Assembly (NCBI RefSeq): GCF_009914755.1
Contig: NC_060932.1
Length of the DNA stretch: 64,000 bases
Reading direction: 5' to 3' (one strand)
From: the human T2T-CHM13v2.0 reference genome, Homo sapiens
Shown: in pieces, positions 42,524 to 56,489 of the stretch
Layout of the letters: each line of letters opens with the position of its first letter
How positions within the stretch are numbered: position 1 is the stretch's first letter
The notes under the pieces: model-generated
What the model was told of the DNA's origin: nothing
Databases searched by the model: none
The model's input: the letters and a program-made list of their open reading frames with translations, nothing else
Program-made: the position numbers and the translations under genes

Positions 42524-43530
42524 AGTATCAGCATTTTGAAAAGCTTATTTACAAAATAAAGACTACACAGAGTAGTCAACTGAAGGGAAAAAGAGTTCTT
42601 ATTAAGTCAGATTAATAAGTTGAAAGTTAAAAGGATACAATATAAAGTAAGGCAAAGAGCTCTTTAGACAAGTGAATTAATAATAGTGAATTAATAAGTA
42701 GAAGTCTTTTAAGGAAGTCATAAAACTACTGAAGAGATCTGAAAATATTAGTTACTTGAAATAAGAAATCCCATTTTCTTAATTTACTAGAGAATATAAT
42801 AAAGGAATCCTACACAAGTATTCATACATTTTGTATCACTGTTATAGTCACTTTGAACAAAGAATTATCACATAAAGGAAAAGCTAGCCCGAATGAAATT
42901 TGAAAAGGACCTTTTCCTACTTATTACAACAATAAGACCAGCTAGTATAAACAATCTTAAGAACAGAAGTACTTGCCAACTCAGGATTTGACCTTATTTT
43001 GCACTTCCTTCAATCCGTGAAGATGTTCTTAGCATCATCAATTTGAGAATATTAAAAAAAGAATCACTTAGTGAGTGGGAACAGCAGTACTCTAGAGCAG
43101 CAGCTAAGGTGGGCCCACGCTGTGAATCACCCACTGCACAGTGTGTCCTTAATCATCACGTACTCGGACGACATCTCCAAAATAAGATGAAGTCAGGAAA
43201 TTCCAGACAGGGAGAGTAGGCTAAGGCAGCGGCATCTGGTGATCACACCTACAGGGCCCACTGGAGAGTCTGCAAGACCGAAGAGCCCATTCAGGGCTTG
43301 GGCTATAGCATCTGAACCTCTCCATCTGCCACTTGTTCCTTAACATTTTATTTTTAGAATGTGTACACACCTATAATATGCTTCATGTGCAGGACTCAAA
43401 ATACGCTGAATCTCAAACTTCTCATGACCTTTGACTTTTCAGATGGTCATGGAGAAAATGGACAAAACAAAGTTGGCTAGCATGGAACAGGGTGAGGCAA
43501 TGTGTCACCTTAAAAAAACAATCTCTGCAT

Positions 43531-43680
43531 TATAGCACAAAGGACAGATGCTCAAGGGGATAAATACCCCATCTCCATGATGTGACTATTTCACACTGCA
43601 TGTCTGTATCAAAACACCTCATGTACCCCATAAATATATACACCTACTATGTATGCACAAAAATAAAAAATTAAAAAAAA
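43531..43680 (+). mobile_element. L1MA-like 3' end
   Basis: ggataaataccccat..tgtatcaaaacacctcatgtaccccataaatatatacacctactatgt..A-tail. Confidence 0.85.
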
Positions 43681-43790
43681 TACAACAATCTTAATGAAAA
43701 TAGTTGCCATATAAGTACTTTCCATCTGAATCATTTTCATGAATCTGAATCAATTTCTGTTCATTTATCATGAGGTAATTACTGCCAAGC

Positions 43791-43793
<3 letters not shown>

Positions 43794-43835
<42 letters not shown>
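43794..43835. repeat. (ATC)14 trinucleotide repeat
   Basis: Perfect 42-bp tract. Confidence 0.95.
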
Positions 43836-43836
<1 letters not shown>

Positions 43837-44113
43837 CTTCTTGGCCTTTTGGCTAAGAAGCAATGATTTTCACGTACTTTAAATATAGGATCGAAAATGA
43901 TCACTCATTTGAGATCAGTATCTGAAGATGCCCCCTTTTCCATGACTTTTAAGCTTAAACACACAAGCATCTGTAAAAAACTACCCAGTCACTCTCCTCC
44001 CCATCTGATATAATATAGTTTTATTTGATCCACTTCAACCAAGACACTGTGTGTATGAGGCAGGGCAGGTGGGGGTGACGGGAGGTAGGGAGGGAGACCC
44101 AGCAGACATTTAC

Positions 44114-44291
44114 CTATAGACTTTGGCAGCAGGTTTTTGACAAATTCCGTGTGGTCCCCAACATGCAAGATGCTATATACACTTTTGTTCATCAGCTCTT
44201 CTTGGTTATACCTTAGATACTGTGTCACATTCTCTGACACAAACACAACGTTGCCTTCCAGGTTCACTACAAAGAAGAACCCATCAAGGGC
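44114..44291 (-). CDS. NCOA2: NCOA2 exon 6 (178 nt), PAS-A: [10 protein letters not shown]...NLLPKSI
   Basis: Acceptor ttccctag|GCCCTT, donor ATAG|gtaaat; ORF 43989..44267. Confidence 0.97.
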
Positions 44292-45184
44292 CTAGGGAAC
44301 AAAGTACAAATTGTGTTAGAAAGGATGCAACATAACATCACATGCAATTGTTAAGAAGGGAATGATCCCTTTCAAGGAAACACAATTCACACACGGATAG
44401 AAAAGAGATCTTTCTCAGCCCTCTCCCAGTTTTCAGGAACAATTAACACATTTTCTCTTGGTGAAATAGAAATTATTCCATCTTAGTAAGTGGGAGAGAG
44501 AGCCTAGACTAGGGTTTCTTGTCACAAACTAAACGACCAACACTAACTCCATTAATTTATCAGGAGATAATTACCGTGAAGTAAAAGTGTACAGACATTC
44601 ATCTGTATTTTCAAAATGAGACTGACATACTCCACGGGGCCAAGAACAACTTTTATGTCATCAACCTAATGCAAGGTAATTTTGATCTATAGTTTGTCAT
44701 GTTATACAATGAGAGAAAGGGGTCATAATTTTTCCCCAGTTTAAGGATAATTACCAGGAAAACCTTCCTGAATTTTACCACCTAGCTGTCACGGATTATA
44801 TGAAAAACATCACAGATAATTTCAGACCTTTAAAGAAACATCAATCCTTTATTACTTGGTGTATATGGGAAAGGGTCTCGGAAGTGTCTCTGATGTGGCA
44901 AACTCACCTTCATGGGGACCTCAGCATTGCCCTGACCTTAGAAGGGCACTAATTATGTCAAATTATTCTATGTTACTTGTTCTCCAGATTAAGATGCAGG
45001 TTCCTAAATTACCCAAATAACAGTAGCACGCTTCCGGTAATGAGTTCACAGCCTCACTTTTTGTTGTCATCCCAACGGAGGTAAGGGAAGGAGATAAAGA
45101 ATCTAGGATCATTTCAGGAAGTTGAGATAGTAACAGTGGCTGTGGAGCATGTTCACTGTGCCTTACAAGTACCTCCTGGAAGGA

Positions 45185-45330
45185 ATCTTTTATCTTTCCC
45201 AATTTACAGAGGAGGAAACTGAGGCTCAAAGAGGTTAAAGTCTCAGAACTAGTCAGTGGTAGTACAGCTTGAATGTGAATCCAGAAGGATCAGATTCCAA
45301 AGCTCATGCTTTGATGACCATTCAGTACAG
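45185..45330. mobile_element. MIR remnant
   Basis: cccaatttacagaggaggaaactgaggctcaaagaggttaa. Confidence 0.75.
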
Positions 45331-45579
45331 TCCTCTACTCTAATATTCATTCACCCCTAATCCACTTCCCATCATGTTTACCTTGGTGATGGAAATGTTG
45401 GGGGTTTAGTTTCTCCTGGTTACATTACCCCATTTTTCTCTTTTTGACCCTTGCTTATCAAAGCTCTGTTTTATGGATCACGTGAGTGATCAGGACTGAA
45501 AGCTTTACATTGATTCATCATACCTGGGACCAGGGCCATGGGGTCTAGTCAGTTTCTTTGTGATATGTGTTTATTACAA

Positions 45580-46171
<592 letters not shown>

Positions 46172-46825
46172 AAGTTTATTACTATTTTTAACATGAATGT
46201 CACATGTATACACATACAACAATGAATTTGGTGGATGGGGCCTGAAGTGTTTACTTTTTCCCTAGTTTGTTTTTCCCTTATGTTATTAAACAGGCTCCTA
46301 TTTTATGAGCTATCTTTGAATATATTTCATCTTTAATTCTATTTTAATCACAAAACTAAGTGCTCTCTCAAATTAGAACTGACCATAAGGCACCAGAGAA
46401 AGGTTCACCCATTTGGTTTTTAAGTTTTTCTTAAAACATTCTATCAGGTTTTCTCAATTGTATGAACCACATGCAGGACAAAGCAAGACTATATGTAAAT
46501 AAATAGCCTTTCATAATACATGGTACTAACCTTGAGAACTGTGTGCAAGTGTGTGCACTCAGGAGGTTAGGTGATAAGTTACATGCCCAGTGTCCCTTTT
46601 CAACTCACTGCTTTGGATACACCCTTTGATAGGGATTTTCATAATCATATTACCTATGGTTCATTTTTAAAAGTACATGTTGCTTCCTACTGCTTATACC
46701 ACAGTAAAAAGACTGACTTGAGGTATAATAAAACTGAAAGACGAAATTGTTTCCTCTCATAAAGCTGTGTTTTTTTTAAGGCTCACTATGATATGCTCTG
46801 ATGAAAAAAGCTGACATTTGGTTTT

Positions 46826-46838
46826 GTTGCCTAGCAAC
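46826..46838. promoter_or_regulatory. RFX X-box motif
   Basis: GTTGCCTAGCAAC fits GTNRCC-N0-3-RGYAAC. Motif match only. Confidence 0.45.
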
Positions 46839-48667
46839 CACTATGCTATGATGTAAGCATGAGTGTGCATCTATGCCTAGGAACAGCTCCATGAGAACAT
46901 GTTCTCTCTGTTTAAGTGATTACACGTAAACAGGGACAAAAATTTAAATTCAAACCATAAGTCACCAGATTTAAGAATAACCTCTCTAACACATTTAACA
47001 CTCAAGTCCTGCTACACAGGTTCTTGATCAATGCACTAAATTCTCAGAAGACTATTCTGAATGACAAAAATGTTGGTTTGATTTTATGACATCAGGTCTA
47101 CTGACATCTAGCAATCTGATTTCTACAATTAATGAACTCAGTCTCAAAGGGCTTGAGTCCCAGCTCTGTTATTCCCAGCATTTCTATTTAGAAGTATCAA
47201 AAGTCTTCCCAGGAGTTGCCACTCTAATGTTCCCCCCACCCCAAGATACAATGAATAAACACATGTATAGGGAAATTTCCCAATTGTAATAATTTAGTTA
47301 ACATAATTTTCAAATCAGTTTTTAATTTGTAATTCAAACATTTTCCAAAGGAAATTATCCAGTTTCTTTCATTTAATTCTAAATGGTCCACCTAGTTATA
47401 GTTTTCATAATCTGCTTCTAAGAACCCAGAGAGAAGTAGCACTCTCTGGCCTTCCATTGCCTTGTTGACTATGGAAAATTGGGTTAAGTGTGTTTTTGCT
47501 TTTCTCCTGGAAAGGGAGGCTGAATGTTTTCAAGCCAGTGATTCTAGAGGAGATAAGCAAGGGCCAACACTGGGACATTTAAAGCCTTTTGGCCAGCAGG
47601 TCCAGCCCCAGGAAATGAAGTTTGTCATTTCTAAATACAAAGACTGGGTCAGATGCTCTTGGAGTCTTTATTGTGTGCCCCCCCTCCGCCCTGCCCCCAA
47701 TTTTATGGTAGATTTTCATAGAATTAGATTTTCTAAAAATAAAAATCCCTTTAAGCATCAACTGAAAAAAAAGAGATAAGGGGGACTATTGGTTATCTCT
47801 GTTTTAAAAATACTAATTATTGTCTGCTGCAGCAAGCTAGCTGATTCTACAATGGCAGTGCTGCAAAGCTTCTGGCCATGCAGTCTTTTCAACCTCATCG
47901 TATCATCAGCCGAGCAAATTATCCTGAGAACTGACATAATTTATGTCTCAGGGTTCCTCTGTTTCTTGTTATATATTCACTGACATTTTTTTTTCTCATC
48001 TTACCATAACCTACATCTTGAATTTTAATTTTGGAACAGGTACAGCAAAGCACTTGGCGTTTAGTACTAGTTAATAAAATAGAAAAACTGTACTTTACAA
48101 ACTGTAGACATTAGCTGGTCATAAAGCTTCCTGAAGTTAATAAATAACAGGTAGTTAAGACCAACCTTATGCTTCTCTTAAAAGTTCCTTTTGCCTATTA
48201 TTTCAGTTTTCTTCCTTATGAGATAAATAAGCTAGTTTCAAATAGCATAAATAGAAAGCATAAAGCTCCTCCTTGGTCCTCATATTTTAACCTGTATGTA
48301 TAGGCATTTGTACATGGCATGTACAAAATTTAAGAATTTTGAGAACATTTCAAGCTAAAATACAACACAGAATTTAGTAGGACTTGTGAATACAGTTTCT
48401 CAAATAAATGCTCAACTGGCAATTACAACTTGTCAATGTCTACTCTAATCTAGTTAATTTAATTCTATGTTAATTTCAAACACACATATACTGGCAGCAG
48501 GAGCCAAAACATACATAGAGACACACAGGCATATCAGCAAGCTCAAGAGGTCCATAGTACTAGTACTAGTGTGGATTCTCCTTAAATTATATTCACCTGA
48601 AATTAAATGTAATAATGTGAAGATCAACAAGATTTTAAAATACAGCACTAAAATGAAGATGTGCTAC

Positions 48668-48771
48668 CTCAAGCATCATAGGCCCCAGCGCATCCTTGTC
48701 GATGACACCCTGCCCTGTAGAGGATACATCTGACTTCTGCACTTCATCTATGTTGGCAGCTGCTGCTTTCT
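48668..48771 (-). CDS. NCOA2: NCOA2 exon 5 (104 nt) [34 protein letters not shown]
   Basis: Acceptor attgcag|AGAAAG, donor TGAG|gtagca; read manually. Confidence 0.97.
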
Positions 48772-51585
48772 CTGCAATAAACATAAGTGTGAATTAAATG
48801 GCAGTGCTATTTCAAGGACAGAGTGACACAGAAATGTTTTTACTGTAATGATTTTTAAAAATCTCTAGTGGGATCAGATGCAGCTACAAAAGAGTTACAG
48901 TACATCCCTGTTGCCCCTAAATGGGAGAAACTGCTGGAAGCAGAAGCCAGAACATTAACTTTTCACCTCTACAACCTGTGGCTTGGATCCACTTTCAGGC
49001 TGCCCAGAAAATGAATTTTGAGGTTTCATGACAGTCCCCAACAGGCATTTTTTTCTAGATTATGAAACTGCTATATTCTATGGCACAATTAATTTCTACT
49101 CAGGAGATTCCCCAAACTAGGATAAAGGAAGGTCTGTTGTTCAGAATTTGGTAGCATAATCACAGATAGATTTGCACACATTTGAAGAAGTAACAAGGAC
49201 TCCTAAACTGCTATGGCTGCCCCCATGAGACATTCTGCAATGTCTGCCTGGACTCTTTTACTGTTCCACTTCTGCTTACATTCCCATTTAAAGTGGACAG
49301 GAAGATTTGGTCCCTGACTTGTTCAAAGTGCTTCTCCATCTAAGAGGTTAGAAGCACCCTACCAGGCACTTGGGGAATTTCAATGGCTGCCCTCTGATCT
49401 AGCAGAAAGGCGCGTAGCGTGCGCTCCTGGATGGAAACGTGCAAGGCAAATTTTAGGCTCATGAAGACAGGAAGGCCCCGGAAGACATTTCTTCATAGAA
49501 TGAGAATGTTTTGTGAAAAAGCTCACAGAAGAAAAAGATGCACACTTATCAACGTATGTGGTAAAGTAGTTATTTCAAGAACACCAAAAAAAGTTTACAG
49601 CATAACACATACATATCAACAACTTGCTAGAAAACAACACAAAACAACGTGACAATTATTTGTACTTGAATAAATTATATCCTGTTTACACTGCATGTTA
49701 TCGTTGTAATTAAACGTAGAAATAGAAAACTGTAAATCAATTTAGCACTCAGAATTAACCTGCTTTCAGAACCTTAATAATTTTTTTTTTTTTTGTCAAA
49801 AATATTTTATACAGTATGTTGAAAATCTGTAAAGCCTAATTTATGGCTGAGAACCTAGAAAACAATTAGGAATGATGTGGGTCCTCCCAATCTTGCCATT
49901 CCCATGACAAAGCTTTCACAGAGGGGAGGATGACCTGTGCAGTTCAAGCTCAAACTCAGCCACTAAGAAGTATGACTTCAAGCAAGTTGCTTCAATTTAC
50001 CTGTCTCCCGTATATCATGGACTGAGCCAAAGTAAATGGGATGGTATGTGAAACACTCTTTAAAAATACAAAGAAGTTTACAAATGTATCTTAATACTAG
50101 CATATCTGTATTGATTAGTTCTTCCTTGAGTTCCAAATGTAGTAATTTCTCTGCAGAGCTTATCATAAGCAGACTGTATCTGCTTTATCAACTCTCTAAT
50201 ATATTCCTGATTCACCTCTTTAGATTGAAAAAATTGTGACTGCCTATAAATAGAGATATGACTTGTCTGGTAGCCTTCATAACTCAATATTGGTGGATTT
50301 GTCAGTCCTTGCTTCATTTCTGGCTTTGCTGCCTTCCCAAGCTCCTCACTGCTGGGTCCTGTACATTTGTTCTGTCTGCAGGCTTGGTCTCATTCCAATT
50401 CCTCAGCGGGTCCCTTCTGAGGCGGCAAATACCTCAGGGTCTCCAGCCACAGGATTGGCTTGGCCAATTATTGCATGTGACCGCCCCCACCCCCTTTTAC
50501 TGGAATCTTTTTCATTGCCAAATAGACTCACAGTAAAATAAATGTGCACTGGGGCATACTTTTTAATTTTTTTGGCAGTTCACTCTCTAAGAATGTTGAT
50601 TTCTCCTCAAGATCTGCTCACTTTTCTACCCACCAGTACAGGAATAGGATTTGTACTGCTACCTGCTGCTTCATCTAATTTTCAAGGGCCATCTCGCTAC
50701 AGTAGCTATGCTGGATTTTCCTTGAGCACCTCCATCCACACCACACTCTGTGGGGTCTTCTTGGATGTGGACAGGGTGTGTACCTCCCTTAACAGTCCTT
50801 GTTGTAGAGGCCCCAGTGTGCCTCAGACCTAAGGATCCCTATGTTTCATGAATACTAAATCTCAAGGCCCATATAAAACATGTCATAATTTATGTGGTCC
50901 TACTGCATTCTTACTTCTTTATTGTCTTCAGTGTTGCAGCAGTCCACATGCAGGAGCAATGTGCTGACATCCCACAGACTGACTGATCTGCAGCCTTTCC
51001 TTCGCCTAACTATTCACAGGGGTCGCATCAGGGGTCACATTCTCCCATCTTTCAGTAGCAGCAGTGATTCTCAAAATGCAATGGTAAACATGAGAAGACA
51101 ACCTCCCTGGAGGGGGGTCTATCAGAATGTGCAGTGGGAACACACAGACAGCTTGAAAGGTCTGCTTTGCTGAGATTCTGATACATCTTCCTAGGAGGAT
51201 ATCCCCATTCTCCTGCCTCCTACAGTGTGACACACAGTCCACAAAAGAGTAGGCTACCCGACTTGAAGGTAAGCTTTTTGAACTGTGTCTGGATCCTCAA
51301 TAGCACCGCCCCTATTTCAGACCAGGTTTTCACTGCATCTATGGGGGCTGACTGAAAGGCTAGACCCACCACCAGCACTTCCTCCCAGAAGCATGGGAGC
51401 AAGTGGGATCGAGGGTGTGTGGAAAGATAAAGTAATTTTCCCCTTTTGCCTCACAGGACCTCCAGGGTAGAGGAGGAAGATAGAATAGGTGGACAGGGTC
51501 AAGTAATATGGGAAAGGGTTTCCTAAAAACTGGTCTTAAATAACAATCTTATCTTGCTATAGTCAAGAAGTTTCAAGGCATCTCA

Positions 51586-51636
51586 TATTCTCTCAGGATC
51601 CCAAGTCCTATTATTCTCTCAGGATCCAAGTCCTAT
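51586..51636. repeat. Tandem duplication of a 25-26-bp unit
   Basis: tattctctcaggatc(c)caagtcctat x2. Confidence 0.9.
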
Positions 51637-53841
51637 TTTATTCTTTTTAAGAATGAATTTAATTTAGGTTAATGTTGCGGGAGAGAGTGAGAGGAAACAA
51701 CAGCTGCCCAATCACAAAGGCAACCCTGTGCCTATCGCTGATCACTAGAAAACATCAGCCTATTTGGCACATGAGATTCTGATATCACAATAGTAATGAA
51801 TTATTGTTTCCTATGGTATCTATACTAATGTTGCATTTTTGGGCAAAATAAATACAAAATAATGATGTTTGTGATAGTAACCCATTTCTAGGCCTTTTAA
51901 AGACAATAAGTAGGCCTTGTGAGATGTTTATATTATCAGGGTATGATAATCTTTCTGAGGATCTAAATTCAGCCATCAACATTCTGTGTGATACAAAAAC
52001 CTTACACTTAGATAACTCAATCAGGCAGGTTCCTCAACACTGCTAAGTCTTCATGCCTGGGTATTCTAAATTCTAGCAATGTGCTCAGGCAAAGAATTTT
52101 AGACTTTTGTCAGAGGTTATGTAGAATCAGGATCAAATATGTACAGTATTTTATTTTTAGGAATTTATCAGATATAATTTGGGGTAAGGGCCTACAATTT
52201 AAATTGGGAGATGATTTGGATCTCACAAAACATGTGTTTGAGGAACAACTGGAGGAAAGCCTGGATAAAAATAATTATTACCCTGAAACATTACTTATAA
52301 ATGCAAAACATGCTGTTTTATTCTTTAAAATAGTCAACTGATAAATATTTAAGAGGAAGAAAGCAGTAGCTAACACCAGTAATGGAGAATGAGTGGCCTA
52401 TGTGAGCCCACATGAGGGAATGGAACAGTGACACTGGGATGGGCAGAGTAGCCTATGTCTGTGTGTCTGGTCTGTGGCCTGCACTGTCTGTGCAGGGGAA
52501 GCAAAGTGAAAAATCCTCGTCTGCCGAGGGCTCACCCTCTGTCCAGGAGGGCAAAAGTATACAACCCAACCAAATGAGCACAACATAGGGCTAAACAGCA
52601 AGCCCTCAGTTCAAAAAAAGGGATGGAAATGGCTGGACATAGCTGAAAGTATTTCACATTTGTTGTAACCGAATTGGATTCTGCAGGATATGCAAGTGGA
52701 CAGCAAGAAAACAGGTGGAGACGGATGTGTGGCTGGCATCGGGCCACTACAAAATCTCAGCCTGGTTTGAAAGCCCATGGTAAGGAACACTGGCGAAACA
52801 TTGATCTAAGCTGGAACTCTAGCAAACTCAGACAGAAAATAAAACAACAAAGTTGTTCACAAGATCAATCTAAACTTATATTAGTGGAAATTGTGATTTG
52901 AAAGAAAATTCCAAATGACTCTATAGGTTAATTGCAAGAGAAGCTTTAAAAAGTGTTGCAATATTTACACAAATGCTATTTATATATATTAAGAGAATGA
53001 GAAATTTTTATTCCTCATTAATAAAAGAAAAAAGGGTGAAGAATTCAGAGCTTACTCTTATTCTCACAAGAATGAAACATATGTATTTTCTAGCTAATTT
53101 GTCATCTATTCTTTAATTCTGTATTGAATTTGTGCTTTGACCATTTCTCAATATTAAAAAGAAAAAAATCAATAATATGAAGTGATAGAAAACACTCAGA
53201 AATATGGCTTTACCAATGTAATCGGAATCTAAATTAAAGTGGCCCTAAATTTATGTTATTTGGGTACTTTTCATGAAGTAATTACTACCTCTGTTGAATG
53301 TTCAGTTGAGCCTTGATATTATACCGGAGGAGGAAAAGAAGGGAGGAAGGGAGGAGGAAAAAGAAAAGGACTCTTTAGAGAGATACTATTATGTTAACCG
53401 GACATATACTGGTATCTTGACAGAGCATTTCAGTAATGAGTATGCTATTTTTATGTACCAGATATAAATAAGCTTAAATCCTTAGATATTTATACTTCTG
53501 TAAGTACAGCATTACTACACTAAAACACACTATTAAATATTTTTAAATAAGGCAGTTTTCTCAGCGGTCACAAACTATATTTACTTTTCTATCTTTTGCA
53601 TCCATTAACCATAAAAATATATTCTGTTACAAAAATATCCTTCAGTAAACTCAACAGTAGAAAGCTCGTCTCAGAGTTTCATATGATCAAAACCTTATGA
53701 AATCTCATTATTACAGATGGAAATCTTTTTAAATCAGAGAAAGAGATGATAAAATCAAATTTTCAGAGACTACTAGAATATTTCTTCTAAGCCCTGACTT
53801 CATTATTTCTTCCTGCTACGCTTTTACCATTAAAGTTATTC

Positions 53842-54036
<195 letters not shown>

Positions 54037-54601
54037 TAACAATGAAAATACTAATTCTATCCTTGTCTTCCTCACTCACAAAAGACTTAAAGAAATCATA
54101 AAATATCTCTGATCTTTTTAGATCTGATCAGTAGGAAGTAGCTATGATCTTTTTAATAGCGCCCAGTTTTACAAATGCAAAACCTGATTGGAGAGATCAT
54201 CCAAGGATGCCTCTATAATTTTTCTCTGACTCGCCTTTTCCTCCTGGGTGGCTGCTTGAACAGCAATCCCTCACAATCTCCTTCTCCATTTGCCCGCGCT
54301 CCAGAAATCCAACACCAATTAATTAGATTTCCACTTTCAAAGCGAAGAACAAAACCCCATCTCTTCAGGGACCATGTTAAGATGAGTCATACCACAAACT
54401 GGGGAAAAATCATTAATATTATATTCCATAGGTTTTTTTATAAGTAATTATTATTCGTGCTTTCTCTTAGAACAAAAGAAAAGGTGAACAGGGAAGAATC
54501 TGATCCTAGAAATATAAGTGATTTGAAAATACAAGGAAAAAATATTTATTTTTTGAAGCAGCTGTATTAAATTGCTCATTGGCATGTACAGGCATAAATC
54601 T

Positions 54602-54783
54602 GTTATTTATTTATTTGTTTATTTTTAGAGACAGCATCCCACTATGTCACCAGGCTGGAGTGCAGTGGCTATTCACAGGTGTGATCATCACACACTACAG
54701 CCTTGAACTCTTGGTCTTAAGCAATCCTCCTGACTCAGCCTCCTAAGTTGCTGAGATTATTGGCAAATGCCACCATGCTCAGC
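54602..54783 (-). mobile_element. Alu monomer (FAM/FRAM-like)
   Basis: (TTTA)n tail then gagtgcagtggctattcacaggtgtgatcat. Confidence 0.8.
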
Positions 54784-56427
54784 TCCATGCATAAACTGAA
54801 AGTAAAATTCCAGTCTTCTGGTGAGAACAATAAATTAGAAACTGATCCTAGCAAAAAATTTATTTTTAAAAAAGTACAATTAAACATTTTTAAATTATCA
54901 AGTGATGTTTTAAAAAAAGGCCTTTACATAATCTTCTGAAGTATCATTTATTAATTTTGGTAGCTTACTTAATCTCATAGTATTAGGTACTCTTAATCAA
55001 TTTTTTATTAGGCAACTGAACTGAGATTACAAATTCAGAGAGTCTTTCCACAAAGCATTACCAGAACAGAGTTCTATCCCTTCACTGGGGTGGCAGTCAT
55101 GCTCAAGGGACAGCCACATAATTGTTCTAACTCCAGCAGCAGCAGTGGCAACCACTACTGATTACTTAGAAACCTAAATGCTATTAAATGTCTCCCATTA
55201 TAGGGACAGGGTGACACTGTCATTATGGTAGAAGTTGATACTCTTGCTTTTTCCTTTTTTGGGGATCATCTGAAGAGGTTGTAGAAAACGCGCAGAAATT
55301 AGTCTATCTTCAAAAAGTCAGAATCCAAACAATGTCACTCACTCTGTAATAATGCATCTACTGAGAGATAATCCACAGGGTATGTACACATATATAGAGA
55401 CATTTTAAGACTGCCCATGTTTACAGATCCCTGATGTGTAAAGACAATTAAGAATTTAGGTTATCTTTCTGTTTGGTCAAGCCTGAGGAGAGTTGTTTTT
55501 ACAGAAGCTGTATTATTTAAATTAGATAGAATCTCTGACTAAAATGGAATCTGATACTTTGTGTAGGTTTTATAATTAATTCCTCTGCTTCAAAGTGAGT
55601 AAAATCACTCACCTAGAAATCTACGAATTTTTCAGTAGACTGACGTCAAACACAAGTCTAATTACCTCCACAACAAATTTGAAGATTCTAATGGGAAAAC
55701 ATCCACAATTTCTATGTTTTCCTGCATTAAGGAACTGGATGTTTCAGGTGAAGTGACTGTCAAACCCAGCAGCAGTGAGACCTACGCAGAGCAAAGAAGT
55801 CACTGAAACAATGATGGGCAGTTTCTGACCAAGCACTATAGATGAAATATTACAGGAAAAGTTATGTAGCATCTCCAAGGTTCTAGAAGGTAAAATGAGA
55901 GAATTATGCATCTGCACCCAACTAAAATTAGAAAAGCTGCCATATGGCTTTGTGAAGCCAGCAGCACATTCTTATTCATTAGGAAGCATTCTGCTAACAT
56001 AAAAACACAAGGCCCTTCCTGTGCTCTCCAAATGTGTTTATCTTTTCAACATTAATGCACTATATATCATCAAGCTGCTGAAGTCTCCTGCCGTGCATAT
56101 TAAAAGCGCGCAGCTGCACTTTCTTTAGTAGTGGGAGGAACCTAAGCCGCAAGTTGCCTCCCTCTTTTTCTGACATTGAGCTTCTTAACATCATGATTTC
56201 CCTTCAGCATGAAGAAATAGCAAAATTAACCAATCTGAAGGCCATCTCCACCCAGCAAAACCCTCTTACTCTCTGCTTTAGAGAAAGCAACATATTTGGC
56301 TTCATTTTCATCAATGGTATAAGGCATGACTACTTAAGTAGAAACAAAAATCATGTCTCAAGTTTGAAATACACAGGCCTACTTTTAAAATTAATGTACT
56401 ACAGTTACCAAGAGAAAGGACAGCAAC

Positions 56428-56489
56428 CAGAATAGACTTTGAGTATTAGACAGAATATTTAGGCTTTGAGTATAGACAGAATAGACTTT
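56428..56489. repeat. Imperfect tandem repeat, ~2.5 units of 23-26 bp
   Basis: cagaatagactttgagtattaga / cagaatatttaggctttgagtataga / cagaatagacttt. Confidence 0.8.

Noticed and set aside
50258-51502. Cluster of short ORFs on both strands in intron 4
   Set aside because: No recognisable protein similarity; consistent with chance in locally higher GC.
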